Assembly (NCBI RefSeq): GCF_009914755.1
Contig: NC_060938.1
DNA from: the human T2T-CHM13v2.0 reference genome, Homo sapiens
DNA length: 64,000 nucleotides
Direction: 5' to 3' (one strand)
The position numbers and the translations under genes were made by a program. A model generated the notes under the pieces. That model saw only the letters and a list, made by a program, of their open reading frames with translations. It was not told the origin of the DNA and made no database searches. Each line of letters opens with the position of its first letter. The first letter of the stretch is position 1. Shown here piece by piece: positions 27,471 through 40,825 of the stretch.

Positions 27471-28457
27471 GAGGATGATGCCAAGACTCAGAGCCATTAA
27501 GCCACCTGCCAAAGGTCATGAACACAGCTCGTCCTATGATGGTGCACACAGGACACAAGCAGGCCTCTCTTCCCCAGAGACTTTGCTCTTAACCTTTTCA
27601 CAACACCGCCTCCCAATCTTTAGCCTTCACTAAATATTTTGCTCATTTAACTTCCAAAAAATGCTTGCTATTTCTATCTTTCAAATTAGATTTATTTCTC
27701 AAACTTAACTTACCAGGGTCTTTGTTCTAATCCCAGATTGTATCAACTGGCAATTACTTGCTTTCAGGAGGTACAGCAAAATTTAATCTTTTGATAAAAA
27801 CATTTAAAACAACTATTATTTGTGATGCTTTTTTCAGATAACTGAGTGAAAATCAGTTTTATCTTAAGTAACAGTTCTTATCGTATTATGAGAATTGTAT
27901 TTCTGGCACTAAAAGCAAAGCTCTTATTAGACCTCAGGATTAGTGATCTTTGGGAAACATTTAAGGATCATGAGCCCAGATTGCAAACCTAGGACCTCAT
28001 GCTAATCTGAGATCCTTTCTATTGACAAGAGTTTAGTCATCGCCAGAACCCGAAATCCAGACCGTTCCAAGCCCCTTTGGCAAAATAGGTGCCTCTGTTA
28101 CAGGCAATTTGTGCTTTAAGGTTTCATCTTGGTCATTACTGCTGCTGCAGCTGATTTAAATATTTTAATGAATGATGTTATTGTCTCTGTGCCTGGGGGT
28201 CTTTTCAGCAGAGGTCGCAATTTGAAGAAGGAAAAAAATACAGAAAAATAGCTCTAAATAAGTCAGTGATGATGGATGACTTGTTGTTGGGTAGCAAAAC
28301 CTAGGCTAGAATGTCACCACGCACGAGGCTCACTTGCTAGGAAGGGATGCCCCAGTCTTGGAGGGGAGGGGCACTGAGGCACAGAAGTGAGTCATTGGAG
28401 GAACTAGGGCCATCTTCCAAGAGCATCTTCACCAGATTGAGCCAAAACTAAGGGCAT

Positions 28458-28615
28458 GGGGCAGGTAAAGTGTTAAGAATAAGCACAGGGGTATAGCATC
28501 ATGTGTAAAGTTACTATCAACATGTGGCTTCAGGGGCAGGTAAAATGTTAAGAATAAGCACAGGGGTATAGCATCATGTGTAAAGTTACTATCAACATGT
28601 GGCTTCAGGGGCAGG
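28458..28615 (+). repeat. Tandem duplication, 2 x 75 bp
   Basis: Units start at 28458 and 28533; 1 mismatch; third ggggcagg at 28608. Confidence 0.97.
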
Positions 28616-29079
28616 AGAAAATGATCACAGTGTTGATAGTTAGATCAAATAGCTTGGGAGGGTTTGTCTATGATTTCACTCGAAGAGAATGTGTCCCAAG
28701 GTGTGCATGACTTGGGCATTGTGGCTTCTTTTACTAAATGGGTCCCAGTTCCAACACATGTGACCATCTTACCAAGGAGGATGTGATTCTGGTGCTTATC
28801 GATGGGCATGTCTCAAGCAATGTGGATCCAAAACCATGGCCTAGTTCTGCCTCTGATCTTCTACCAAAGAAACAATAGAATGTTCTACCACTGGAGAAAA
28901 CTAGAAGGGACAGGGTGAGAGATGACTTATCAGCCTCAATATGGTGGCCTCCAAAGGGATTTCAAGACGTCATTGCCTTGTTCAACCTTCACTTTCCGTG
29001 ATGGCTTTGGACCCCACCCCTGTAAGTGGTATGCATGATGGCCAACATTGACAGGGATCACCATGGTCACTGTGGTCAT

Positions 29080-29470
29080 TTGTTCACTTAGTTATGCATT
29101 CAGCAAGTGTTTATAGAGCATCGTCTCTGTTGCAGGCAGTGACCAGGAGATGCTGAGATGCAGTGAAGATTGGACAGTGAGGGGCTTTGTCTGCTTAGCA
29201 CTTGCATTCTGATGAGGGAGACGGACACTAAACCAGAACACAAATCAATAAGTATTGTAATTCCAGGTAGAGATCAGAGTCATGGAGAATGAGGAAGTGC
29301 CTTAAGATAATAGGGTAGGGGTGTAGTTTTGGATATTAGGGACAGGGGGGCCAATGAGGGTAAGCAGGCACCCAGATGATGTGAAGAGGGAAGTCATGCA
29401 CAGATCCAAGGAAAGAGAACTCCAGAAAAAGGAACATCAGAAGGAAGGAGGTGGTCACATTTGAGGAGTA
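29080..29470 (-). mobile_element. L2 3' remnant
   Basis: cattcagcaagtgtttatagagc...caggcagtg...ttgcattctgatgagggaga. Confidence 0.65.
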
Positions 29471-31889
29471 ACTCACAGGACTCCTCATGCTCGGTGTGAT
29501 CCTCCCAGAGAAACAATGGGGTGGCAGGGAGGTGTGATTAACCCCATTTTATAGATCCAGAACCCGGGACTCATGAAGTCCCTGCCCAGGGTGTGGCCAA
29601 GCCTAGCAGACAAGGCAGATGTGGATGTGGCCAGGGAAGGCATTTCTGGGTAGAACCCAGGGATAGAGCTGATAAGAATGCAATTGAACAGAGGCGAGGC
29701 TAGAGAACTAGAATCCATAGTCAGCCAAGGGTCAGGCTATGGGCATCAGCACAGATACTAAGACCCCAGGTTGAAGGCACTTATCAAATATCAGTCCGTG
29801 CCAGCGAGTCTGTGTGTGGCAACGTAGATTCTAGAGTCAAGCGTGTGCAAAAGCACAAGGATAAAGTGCAAAGATCTTTTCAAGAGCTTCTAGGAACCTG
29901 GCTTTCTGAGATTTTTATCTTGCTTACTTCTAAATCTATGTGCAACAGCTTATGGTTAGATGCACGTGCAAAGAAATTGTTAAAATTGTGCTTTAAAAGA
30001 ATAATTAGAGGTCATCTGGAGTGAGGAAAAAGAGAAATCCATTGAGGCTCTTGTTTAAAATGGCTGCCACAGTTGAACCTTGGGCAGAGTCCATGGCAGC
30101 CCAGGCCAGGGTTGTCTTGTGGAATTGCTGGATGGGAGAAAAGAATGTTTCCTGGGAGATAATCGTCCAGCTCTAAGTTTATTTTTTGGATCCTCACATA
30201 AAAGATTCCTTTTTTGTGAGACAGCATTTTTATGGCAAAACCTAGGTCAGTTTCTACTGGGGAGATATGACAGATACTGTGTGCAGTTGTCACCTGTCAG
30301 TTTGGGTAATTCCAGGGTGTGGGTAGGATGCCGGCCAGCTTCTGAGCCCCACCTGTGTCAGAATGCTGCCTTTTTGTTAGCCTTCAATTCTCCCCTAAAC
30401 AACTCCCAGAGCACAGCCAGACAGGGTGGCTGCTCCCCACTGCCATGGAGCCCTTGGGCTTGCTGTGGCCAGTGTAGACAGGGAGAGCTCAGGAGCAGAC
30501 AAAAGAAGCACCAGCTGCCACCCACACCCTTCACATTGCCACAGAAATTCCCTGCCTTGAGGATCTGGTCTTGAACAAAGCAAGCAGTGCGAGCCCATCG
30601 TAATTAAAGTTTTCAAGATTTCTGCTTCAGTTGTTTTACTCAAAAAGCATAATCTCTTGGAGGTTAAGATGATGAAACCTGGTATTTACAGAAGCTAAAT
30701 GGCCTCAATCCTGGGCCTTAGTGGGGCAGCCTGGGAGGAGGCAGGCAGGGAAGACGGCCAGAGAAGCACAGGAAATGCTTTCTGCTCTGAGAAGGTTCTG
30801 GCCGGCGGCCTTCCGCAGCTCACACGAGCCTTGGGATTTCCGTTCCACCACTCTCTGCCCCAGCCACGGTGCCGCCATATTCCCTCCCAGGCTAATCCAG
30901 AACGTGATCCAGTGAAAAGGTCTGGAAATCCCACCTCCCTTTTCAAGCATCCAAGGTGCTCAAGGAACTCTGTTCTTCTCAGGGCCTCTCACCAGGAATG
31001 TGTGTCTGCATTCACATAGTCACTTCGTGTCTAGGGAAAACCTGTATCATCGGTCCACTGATATGCATATGTTCCCATCAGAACAAAGAGGGAGAGTCAG
31101 GAAAATCACACACCTATAAAAAACATTGTGATTAGATGCAGGGGTACTCAGACCAACACAATTCGGTTTAATAAATATCGGTTGGATTGAGTCTCATCTA
31201 TGCAGAAAACTCTGCACCGGACATTATGCTAAGCTCCAGTAACAAGAACAACTGACAACTTCTGGGAAGTTACAATTTAATAAACCTTTCATGACCATTG
31301 TCTCATTGATTTATGCTACAAGCCTGTGAGGTCTTAATTATCAATGTCATTTGACAGAGGCCAATGAGGATCAGAGACATCAAGCCACTTTCTCAGGGTG
31401 ACACAGTTACTAAAGCAGTAGAAATTGGGCTTGAACCTAAGGTTTCAGACTTTCAATTCTGTGTTCCTTCCTCTACATTGGACTTCTGGTACAGATACAG
31501 GTACTTTAGAGAATTGAAAGATGAATACCTTGTTTAAATAGAATGGAAATAATTTGTATTGACTCAGACCAGTATGTACTGGTCTCCTACAGTGCATTTG
31601 CCACCAGGGTTGTAACTCTTAACATCGGTAAACAAGATGACCAGTGCTGACAAAATCACAAACACACACATGCCCACAGTGATTTATCTATGCTAAACAC
31701 TTTACACACATCATTTATTTAACCTATACATAATCCTATGAGGCAAATACTTACATCATCCCCACTTTACAGAAGCTAAAAGAAATGAAGTAACTTATCT
31801 GGTGGTCACATAACCTGGGAGGGCCCAAGAGCTGGAACCCAGATTGATCTCTCTTCAGAGTTCTAGCCATGATGCCACTCATATCTACA

Positions 31890-32295
31890 GCACCTGCCAA
31901 AGTGTGGTAACAAGGTAGCTTAAAACAACAGAAACTTACTCTCACAGTTCTGAAGGCTAAAAGTCAGATGTGAAGGTGTTGGCAGGGATATGCTCCCTTC
32001 AAGCTTCTAGGGGAGGATCCTTCCTGGCCTCCTCAAGCTCTGGTAGCTTCAGCCATTCCTTGGCTTGTGGCCACATCACTTCAGTCTCTGAACTGCCTTC
32101 TTTTTGTGTCTCTGTCTCTGTCTCTCCTCTTTTTATGAGGGCACCGATCAGATTAAATTAGGATCTCCTTTAATTCAGTATGATTCCTCTTGATTATATC
32201 TGTAAAGACCCTAATTTCAAACGAGAGCACCTTCACAGGTACCAGGGGTTAGGATTTTAAGGTATCTTTATTGGGGACACAACTCAACCTATACA
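31890..32295 (-). mobile_element. MLT1 (B/C-like) LTR, preceded by MIR remnants (about 31260-31870)
   Basis: gcttaaaacaacagaaacttactctcacagttctg...tctaggggaggatccttcc...ggggacacaactcaacc. Confidence 0.85.
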
Positions 32296-32467
32296 ATATC
32301 CGTTGTCATCACCCCTACCCCACCCTCATGCCAGGCTCCCTCTCTCTCATTTAAAATGAAAGTCATCTTCCAGAAGTTGACAATTATGAAGGGTTCAAAG
32401 GTTATAGAAGGGCAAGTTGATCCTCAGGGAAAGGAAGTGATCCCAGAATGTCAGAGATCCAATCTGA

Positions 32468-32815
<348 letters not shown>

Positions 32816-33950
32816 CTTTTTCTTTTTTTTTTTTCAGAACTTGATGAGCTTCCCCCTCTAAACAGGATGTACTCATGAGAAATGGAATTGGCCATGGCTA
32901 AGTCTTTGCTAAACCAGACTTCTGAAGCTTCCATCTTCAAGAAATTGAGGAAATATTTATTGTGTGAGCTGGCGAGAAAAGAAAAATCTACATTTACTTT
33001 GCACACATAACTTCCATGGTCCTAAAAATGATTAAGTCTTGCATCCAACATCTTTTGTGATTAACAGAGTTGTCTTTCACTGTAAATGTTGCTGTTTGTC
33101 TTGCCTGAGATTATATTAGTTAAAGTCATCATATGGAAAGCCAATATCCTGATATAAATGTTGAGGAAAGTGTTTGCTTTATCCCCTTCATGGCTATTTA
33201 AGTATCTAGCAGTGATAAGGTTATATGAAATCTCAGAGTGTGTACGGCCCAAATGATATTAATATTCAGAAGTAACTCTGAGCATCCCAAGTCGCTCAAA
33301 ATCTACACAGCCCAGGCAGACGCCTGGATTTCCAAAATAAATTACTTATAAAACGTAGTGTCTCGATGAAATATTCAAGTTTAAACCCATTTTGTATTCC
33401 CAATTTTAAATACAGACACAAAGTTATGCCGCAGCTTCTGCGGCCATATCTGAAAGTGAGCAGGCGCATTGAATCAATCAGCTGGAGTCGGCAGAGAGAA
33501 AAATAATCCCTCCCCGTCAAAGTGAACTGCAGAAATCCATAAATAAAAACCAGAGCTACAGAAAATCTCAGTTATACAGGGAAGTTTGTACATGTGCATT
33601 CTAAGACTTAACTTCCTTTCCCCCCAGCTTGGAGATTTAAGGGTCCTGTCTTAATAGGCAAATATGTATGAACTTGACTTTCACCACAAACCTGTCTACA
33701 ATTGCACCTGCATGTCTGTAGTTTTTAACCAGAGTTACATTTGGAAGCAGAAAATTGTTTGCACAGCGAGAGAAGAGGAATTTAAAAATGTTGTTGTCTC
33801 AGGATTAGCTGTGTACCTGAGCAGGAAGAAGAGGAGGAAAAAGCCAATTTCCATAAGCTCTCCTCCCTCTCTCTCAGGCAGCCTCCCATCTCTCTATGCC
33901 TGGTGACCTGTTTTGCCACTGGGGAAATGGGAGATAAGAGAGTTTTGCAG

Positions 33951-34225
33951 CCTCACGCCTGTAATCCCAGCACTTTGGGAGGCCAAGGCAGGCGGATCAC
34001 GAGGTCAGGAGATCGAGATCATCCTGGCTAACACAGTGAAACCCCATCTCTACTAAAAATACAAAAAAATTAGCTGGGCGTGGTGGCAGGTGCCTGCAGT
34101 CCCAGCTACTCGGGGGCTGAGGCAGGAGAATGGCGTGAACCCGGGAGGCGGAGCTTGCAGTAAGCCGAGATCACGCCACTGCACTCCAGCCTGGGCAACA
34201 GAACAAGACTCCGCCTCAAAAAAAA
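33951..34225 (+). mobile_element. AluY, 5'-truncated
   Basis: Starts at ctcacgcctgtaatcc; tggcgtgaacccgggaggcggagcttgcag. Confidence 0.93.
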
Positions 34226-35233
34226 GACTCTTGCCCAAGATCCTAGGGTGCCAGAGCTTCCCCAGTCCATTTTCAGGTCATTTTCTTTCTGGAAGATTCC
34301 ATTTCTCCAAATCTGCATGGCTCCCTCCCAGGGGAATCTCATTCTCTTTAGCACAGATAACTCCTGGACATAAGCTATAGGCTGCTGTACCCTTGATTGT
34401 CCAAGGCCAACTTTCCACTTCTAGCAGAATGAACCCAGCTTATCATGCAGCATCTGAGCCTCAGTTTTCCCACTTTAAAATGAGCTTTGCAAACCACACC
34501 CTCAGACTGCACCAAAGCAATATGCAAATATAGACACTGATTTTTATAAATTGCTATAATTGGAATCACTTTCATATCACCAAAACAACTTATGAAACAA
34601 TCTGCTTCATATTTTCTCTTGATTTGCTAATCAACATCAACGGCTATGGCCTCCCCACATATTAGGCACTGTTTTCCCCACTATTTTTTTCTGGTTTTTT
34701 TCCCCTTTGATTTTCTCTTTCTTGTTTTCTGTTTACTTCTTTGTTCTTCTGTTTCCATGTTGAAATCAATGGTCTTCTAATTTCCAGCTCAAGTCTAGAA
34801 GCCCCAGGGCTTTCTGTTCGCTGACATTCTGTTCCATGCGGCAGTTTAGGCAGGAGGAGCAAGATCCCAGGCTCAGACTAGGAAAGAAGCATTGGATGCC
34901 TTAAGGAGGGAGAGGAGAGAGCGGCGGTAGGAGGGGAAGGAAAAGGAAGGGCTGGCCAAGCACCTCGTTACGCATCCCCCAACTCCCCTCTCTCTCAGTT
35001 CCCAACCCTCCAGACATTCCAAGGCAAGCAGGTCACAGGCCATCTTTCTGGACAGCTTGTGCTGCAGATACTGCCGAGGTCAAGGGTATGCCCACCAGTA
35101 CACCGTCCCCAGCTCAGTCCCAATCCAGTTCTCACCCACCCCCAGGAAAGCCCCTCCCTTTTTTAAACTCTATTTACAATTTCTTCAACCAAGACCCAGC
35201 TTTTCAGACTACAGTATCGAAAAGGAGATGTCT

Positions 35234-35542
35234 GGCTGGTGGCAGTGGCTCACACCTGTAATCGCAACATTTTGGGAGGCCGAGGTGGGAGGATCACTTG
35301 AGCTCAGGAGTTCAAGACCAGCCTGGGCAATATAGGGAGACCCCGTCTCTACAGAAATAAAATAATTAGCCAAGCACGGTGGTGGGCACCTGTAGTCCCA
35401 GGTACGCGAGAGGCTGAGGCAGGGGGAATAGCTTGAGCCTGGGAGGTAGAGGCTACAGTGAGCTGTGATCGTGCCACTGCATTCCAGCCTGGCTGACAGA
35501 GAGAGACCCTGCTCAAAAATAAATAAATAAATAATAAATACA
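35234..35542 (+). mobile_element. AluJ
   Basis: ggaggatcacttgagctcagg, gaggctacagtgagctgtgatc; perfect TSD aaaaggagatgtct. Confidence 0.93.
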
Positions 35543-36457
35543 AAAAGGAGATGTCTGAAGCAAAATTCTACACTAGAGGAGGCAAGTCAATGAAGTCCAG
35601 CACAGAGTAGAGGCAGACGAGCTGCTGCCATGTGAGGGTTTCAACTCAAGGATGGGATCCAACCACACTCCTGCCACCCTTAGTGCTCATAGCAGTTCCC
35701 CCATCACGTAGAGGATGCCTCCCTAGCCCTCAGCCCACAGGCTCCTGTACTTCCCTGAGTCTCTGCCCCGTTCATCCTTGCCCCCAAGCTTCACGCTTTC
35801 TAAACCACATTAGGTTCTCCAGAGTGGCTGCACTTCCTGGATAAACAGAGCTCTTGATCTCCATCTCCTCTTAATTACTGCTTGGTCCTCCATCAGCTGC
35901 GACAGCCCTGCCCCTGATCCTGAAAGACCGTCTTGACTGCAGACATGCATGCGCGTGCACATACACACACCTTTATACATTAAAAAGCATACAGACCCCT
36001 TAACTACTGTGCATGCATCTGTGAATGTGTGGTGAGTGTATGTATGTCTCTGAGTGTGGCTGTGTGTGTACGTCTATACATCTGACTGAGAAAAGGCAGG
36101 GAGAGAAAACAGAGATCTAATAATTTATTCTGAACTTGATCCTAAGGAACAGCCATGTCTATTTTAACACCGCAGATTCACTAGCACATTTAAACATTTT
36201 AGGGTCTCAACAGATATTGAAGGAATTAATGACTTCCCTCCACAGTCCGCACCTTCAATAAGTTACCTCTTCTGAATTCCCATAGCATCTTCTTCTCACC
36301 TCTACCCTACGGGCTAGGAAATTTGTCTGGCCGTCTGTTCCCATGCCTGTCTCCCTCCCTAGACTGTGAGTGCTTTGAGAACAGGACTATATCTCATTTG
36401 TTTCTTCTGTCTACAGCATCCATCCCAGAGCCAGGCATAAAACAGAAGCTCAAAATA

Positions 36458-37206
36458 CAGATGTTCCTCAACCTACAATGAGGTTATGTCTTATCTGGAC
36501 AGATAAGGCCATGATATATTGAAAAATATCATAAGCTGAAAATGCATTTAGTACTTAACCTATTGAGTTTCATAGTTTAGCGTAGCCCATCTTAAGTGAG
36601 CTCAGAACACTTACATTAGCCTACAGTTGGGCAAAATGGCCTAAAACAAAGCCAGTTTTATAATAATGGGTTTTGGTGGGGGGGCGGGGGGACGTGTTTT
36701 GTTTGTTTGTTTTGGGTTCGTCTTTTTTTTTTTTTTTTTTTTTTGAGATAGGGTCCTACACTATTGCCCAAGCTGGAGTGCAGTGGTGCAATTTTGTCTC
36801 ACTGCAGCCTTGACCTCTCTGCACTCAGGTGATCTTCCCACATCAGCCTCCCAAGTAGCTGGGAATACAGGCATGGTCACCATGCCCAGCAAATTTTTGT
36901 ATTTCTTGTAGAGATGGAGTCTTGCTATGTTACCTAGGGTGGTCTCAAATTCCTGGGCTCAAGTGATCTGCCTACCTCAGCCTCCCGAAGTGCTGGCATT
37001 ATAGGCATGAGCCACCACGCCCAGGCCAAATGTAATAATTTATTTTATATTTACATATATTTATAATATAATACAATACAACATATAATCATGTTGTTAT
37101 AAAGAATTATGAATCAAAATTCAAAGTACAGTTTCTATTGAACAGTTTCTATTTTGACTTAAGTCAAAAATCCCAACTGCACCCATGGTGAGTCGGGGAC
37201 CTTCTG
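36458..37206 (+). mobile_element. MER47/Tigger5 (TcMar) element split by an Alu
   Basis: TA-cagatgttcctcaacctac start; gctcagaacacttacattagcctacagttgggcaaaat; gagtcggggaccttctg-TA end. Confidence 0.88.
36723..37027 (-). mobile_element. AluJ
   Basis: Poly(T), actgcagccttgacctc, tcctgggctcaagtgatc. Confidence 0.92.
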
Positions 37207-37760
37207 TAGTTACTGATGAATGAGCATGAATGTGTACAAGGCCCCAGCAATGGGCATTTGCTCTAAGAGACCATAAAAGTCCTTCTTGTTAAAATATCTC
37301 GTTTCAGTTTGTCACACATTCTGGGGCAAGGAGTCTCCCCAGTCCCTCCCCACTGCATCCGTACTCTGAAGATGGGTCCAATCAGCCGGGGCGTAGGCAG
37401 ATACGACCAAGCCAGCAGGAGCTGGAGATAAAGCATGCCTCCGAGGGCACCTGTGAGGGATGAGGTGAGCAGAGTCCTGCCGCTGCCTTCCTGAGCAATT
37501 TTTTATCTCCAAATATAATGTAATAAGATGTGATAATCAACACACCACATGGGGAAACAAATCATTCCTTCTCCCAACTACTGTCTTGCTCACACTGGCT
37601 TCTATAAAAGCATGAAACAAACATAACCTTTTCAACCAAACCACATTTTTAAAGCTAAGTGGTTACTTTTTAAAAATGTTAAATGATGGTACCAAAGAAT
37701 ATTAGCATTTTCCTCAAAACAGCCAACAGCAGCTGCTTAATAGTCTACAGGTACATTTGG

Positions 37761-37786
37761 GAAAAGAAAGAAAGAAGAAAGAAGGA

Positions 37787-37866
<80 letters not shown>

Positions 37867-37917
37867 GAAAGAAAGAAAGAGAAAGAAAGAAAGAGAGAAA
37901 GAAAGACAGAAAGAAAA
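37761..37917 (+). repeat. (GAAA)n tetranucleotide STR, about 20 uninterrupted units (37785-37864)
   Basis: Read directly. Confidence 0.97.
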
Positions 37918-38356
37918 GGCACAAGGAACGGTGCTTTCACTATCAGTCCTAAAAAAAAAGTCCTATTTTAAGTTCCTTTCTTGGTTGGAATTGGACTACT
38001 TTGCCTTCAGTTTTATTAACATTAAAAAAATAATAATCAGACCAGTCCTCATCTTCTTTTTCTCTGAAATCTCTCAAGTGTCCTTTAGACCAAGTATACA
38101 GGATAATAGATCATAACAATTTTTGCAAATACAGTCCAATTAGCACCAAATGGGGGAAAAATAAATCAAAAGTATGTAGGATGGGAAAACAAACAGGGCT
38201 CTTGCCACGCTAGGGTGTTAGCATTATTTATTTAACCACAACGCCCCCACTGAGAGCAGCTCCATTTTCAAAGCCTTTCCAATGAGCAAGAAGGCAATTT
38301 ATTTTGGCAAATTTTATCATAAAATAGCCCTACGTCCTTTAGCCTTCCGCCTACTA

Positions 38357-38404
38357 CAACCAGAACACAACTGGATCCACCAACCAGAACACAACTGGAT
38401 CCAC
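38357..38404 (+). repeat. Perfect tandem duplication, 2 x 24 bp
   Basis: caaccagaacacaactggatccac twice. Confidence 0.97.
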
Positions 38405-38851
38405 CGTTCATTGTCCCTGGTCTTAAAGGGAATAGAGAAAGCATCCACACTGAATTTGGACAAGGAAGCAGTCTCACGTGATGATTTCAAGATCACACAA
38501 AGTGAAGATCTTCTGGTTTAGGGCTTTGCCACTGCAGCAGCATCTGTTACTCTCAAGGGTTTTTTTTTTTTCAGAAATGAAGTTCCCACGTACACTTGAG
38601 TGTCAAGTCGATCCCACCAAGACTGTGGGGCTCAGGGTCCACGGAGGTGTTTCTTACTTGCCCATAATGCAATATGCAGTTCAGCCTGGAGATCAAAACA
38701 ACTATCAGAGCCAAAGGGCATCATCTTGAGCTTCCACAGTCCTCCTTTCATTAAAGGTAGCATACAGTGTACTCCAACAGACCCACTGCTTTTTTTTTTT
38801 TTTTTTTTTTTGGCATCAAAATTACAGTTGACATTTCCAGGTTGGGTCTAA

Positions 38852-39204
<353 letters not shown>

Positions 39205-40604
39205 ATAACTGGAGGCTTTATGAACACAACAGGACTGCTTGCAAATGAATGAAGAATGAACCCACAGCCCAGAGTGGCTTCTCCCTGAAGGTCACCCAAC
39301 ATCAACCTAACCATGAGGCAGACCATGGACTCAGAAGGATCTGATCAAAGGCCCAGTTCTTCCTCCTTGATACAAGATAATCAAGATTCTCTACGCGTGG
39401 TGCAAGTCCTGCTGTGTCTCTCTGGGAGTTGTCAATGTTCTTGTTCCACGCCCTCTGCACCTCTGCGCTGACATGCTCTTATGCTTGGGTAGAACTCTTC
39501 AGTCTGTTCTGTAAAACATCTGGAATCCTTTGGATCTACCAGTGTGGAAAGTTTCTTTTCAGTGCTCTGTCTTCAGCAGTTGTTTCCTGGGGAGGGTTCT
39601 TTCTTCATTATAGTTTACAAAAGTCAACTTGATGGCTCATGGTTAACCAAGAGATAGCTCCTGTCTGTCATGTTGATACGCTTTGCCCTGCACCCTGTGC
39701 CCTGCACCTCTGCTTGCTGCTATGAAGGAAGGAAAGTCTTAGATGCTTTCTGTGCAGCAGGGTTATTGGGGTTAATAAGAGCCATTGTCCCCTCATATCC
39801 CTCATCCAAAACCACACAGAACATGACATGAATAGCCTGGCACTTGCTTGCTGATTCCCCCTGCCTGCCTGCTTAGTGACTTCAGTGTCCAGTTCCACAC
39901 AGGCCACATATTCCAAACAAACAAACAAACAAACAAAAACATAGGATGAACAAGTGTTCTTTTCCATATCAGCTTTGTCCTGCATTTCCCCAGAAGTGTC
40001 ATGGACAACCCTGCCTAGAAAGGTAAATAGAAAAAGAAGACCAGAGATGCCATACAGCCACAGGCAAGCTGAAGCCACACACACACCCTTGCTCTTTGGA
40101 GGTCCACAACTCCAATAAGAAAGCACTGAGTCCATGACCCCAAACTGAAGTCACACCCAGGATCTCAGCTCCACATCCACTCCCTCTCCTCTTGTACAGA
40201 AACACTTAATAAATGTCAGATTTCATGATCAGACATCATGTCATGTCCATTCAGGGTCTCTTCCCTTCTCCAACCCAAGCTAAGAAATCATCCCAGCTAC
40301 TCTGTCCCACATACACGCTTCTACCACACCATGCACACTACGCCCCAGAGTGTACCACTCATCAGCTGCCCTGTCCGTTCCCACACTGCTTTGTGAATTC
40401 CTTGTGCAGTCACTCTCTCGTCTTCCTTCCCTCCCTCCCTTCTTTCATCTCTTCAATTATTCATTAAATAAAAATAGACTGCTATCCTGTGGCATGGCAG
40501 GCACTGTTTTGAGATTTGGGGGTAGAGTAGTGAAAAGGACAGATAGGCTCCACCCTCATGGAACTAATATTTCAGTAGAAGGAGAGCAGGGCATGGTAAA
40601 AAGC

Positions 40605-40825
40605 GATTGAGCTATGGACTCAAAAAGTAATAAATGTAAATGCAATTCCTAATTCTGCAATTTACTAAAAGCAGCATTGAGGCAAATTACCTAACAGCTG
40701 TCATTTTTGGGTTCCTGATGAAGTAGAAATGATTGTACCTACTCTATAGGGTTATCATGAGAATTAAATTGAATAATGCTTGTAAGGCAACTGGCACACA
40801 GTAGGTGCTCAATAGATGTACTTAT
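40605..40825 (+). mobile_element. MIR (with an L2 remnant at about 40440-40600)
   Basis: ggcaaattacctaac...tacctactctatagggtt...gagaattaaattgaataatgc...ggcacacagtaggtgctcaata. Confidence 0.8.

Noticed and set aside
28458-28615. Repeat-spacer-like pattern (CRISPR?)
   Set aside because: Whole units are duplicated, there are no unique spacers or cas genes, and the DNA is human
30080-31019. Cluster of overlapping ORFs (164, 106, 83 aa)
   Set aside because: Expected from locally higher GC; no recognisable protein; better explained as regulatory sequence
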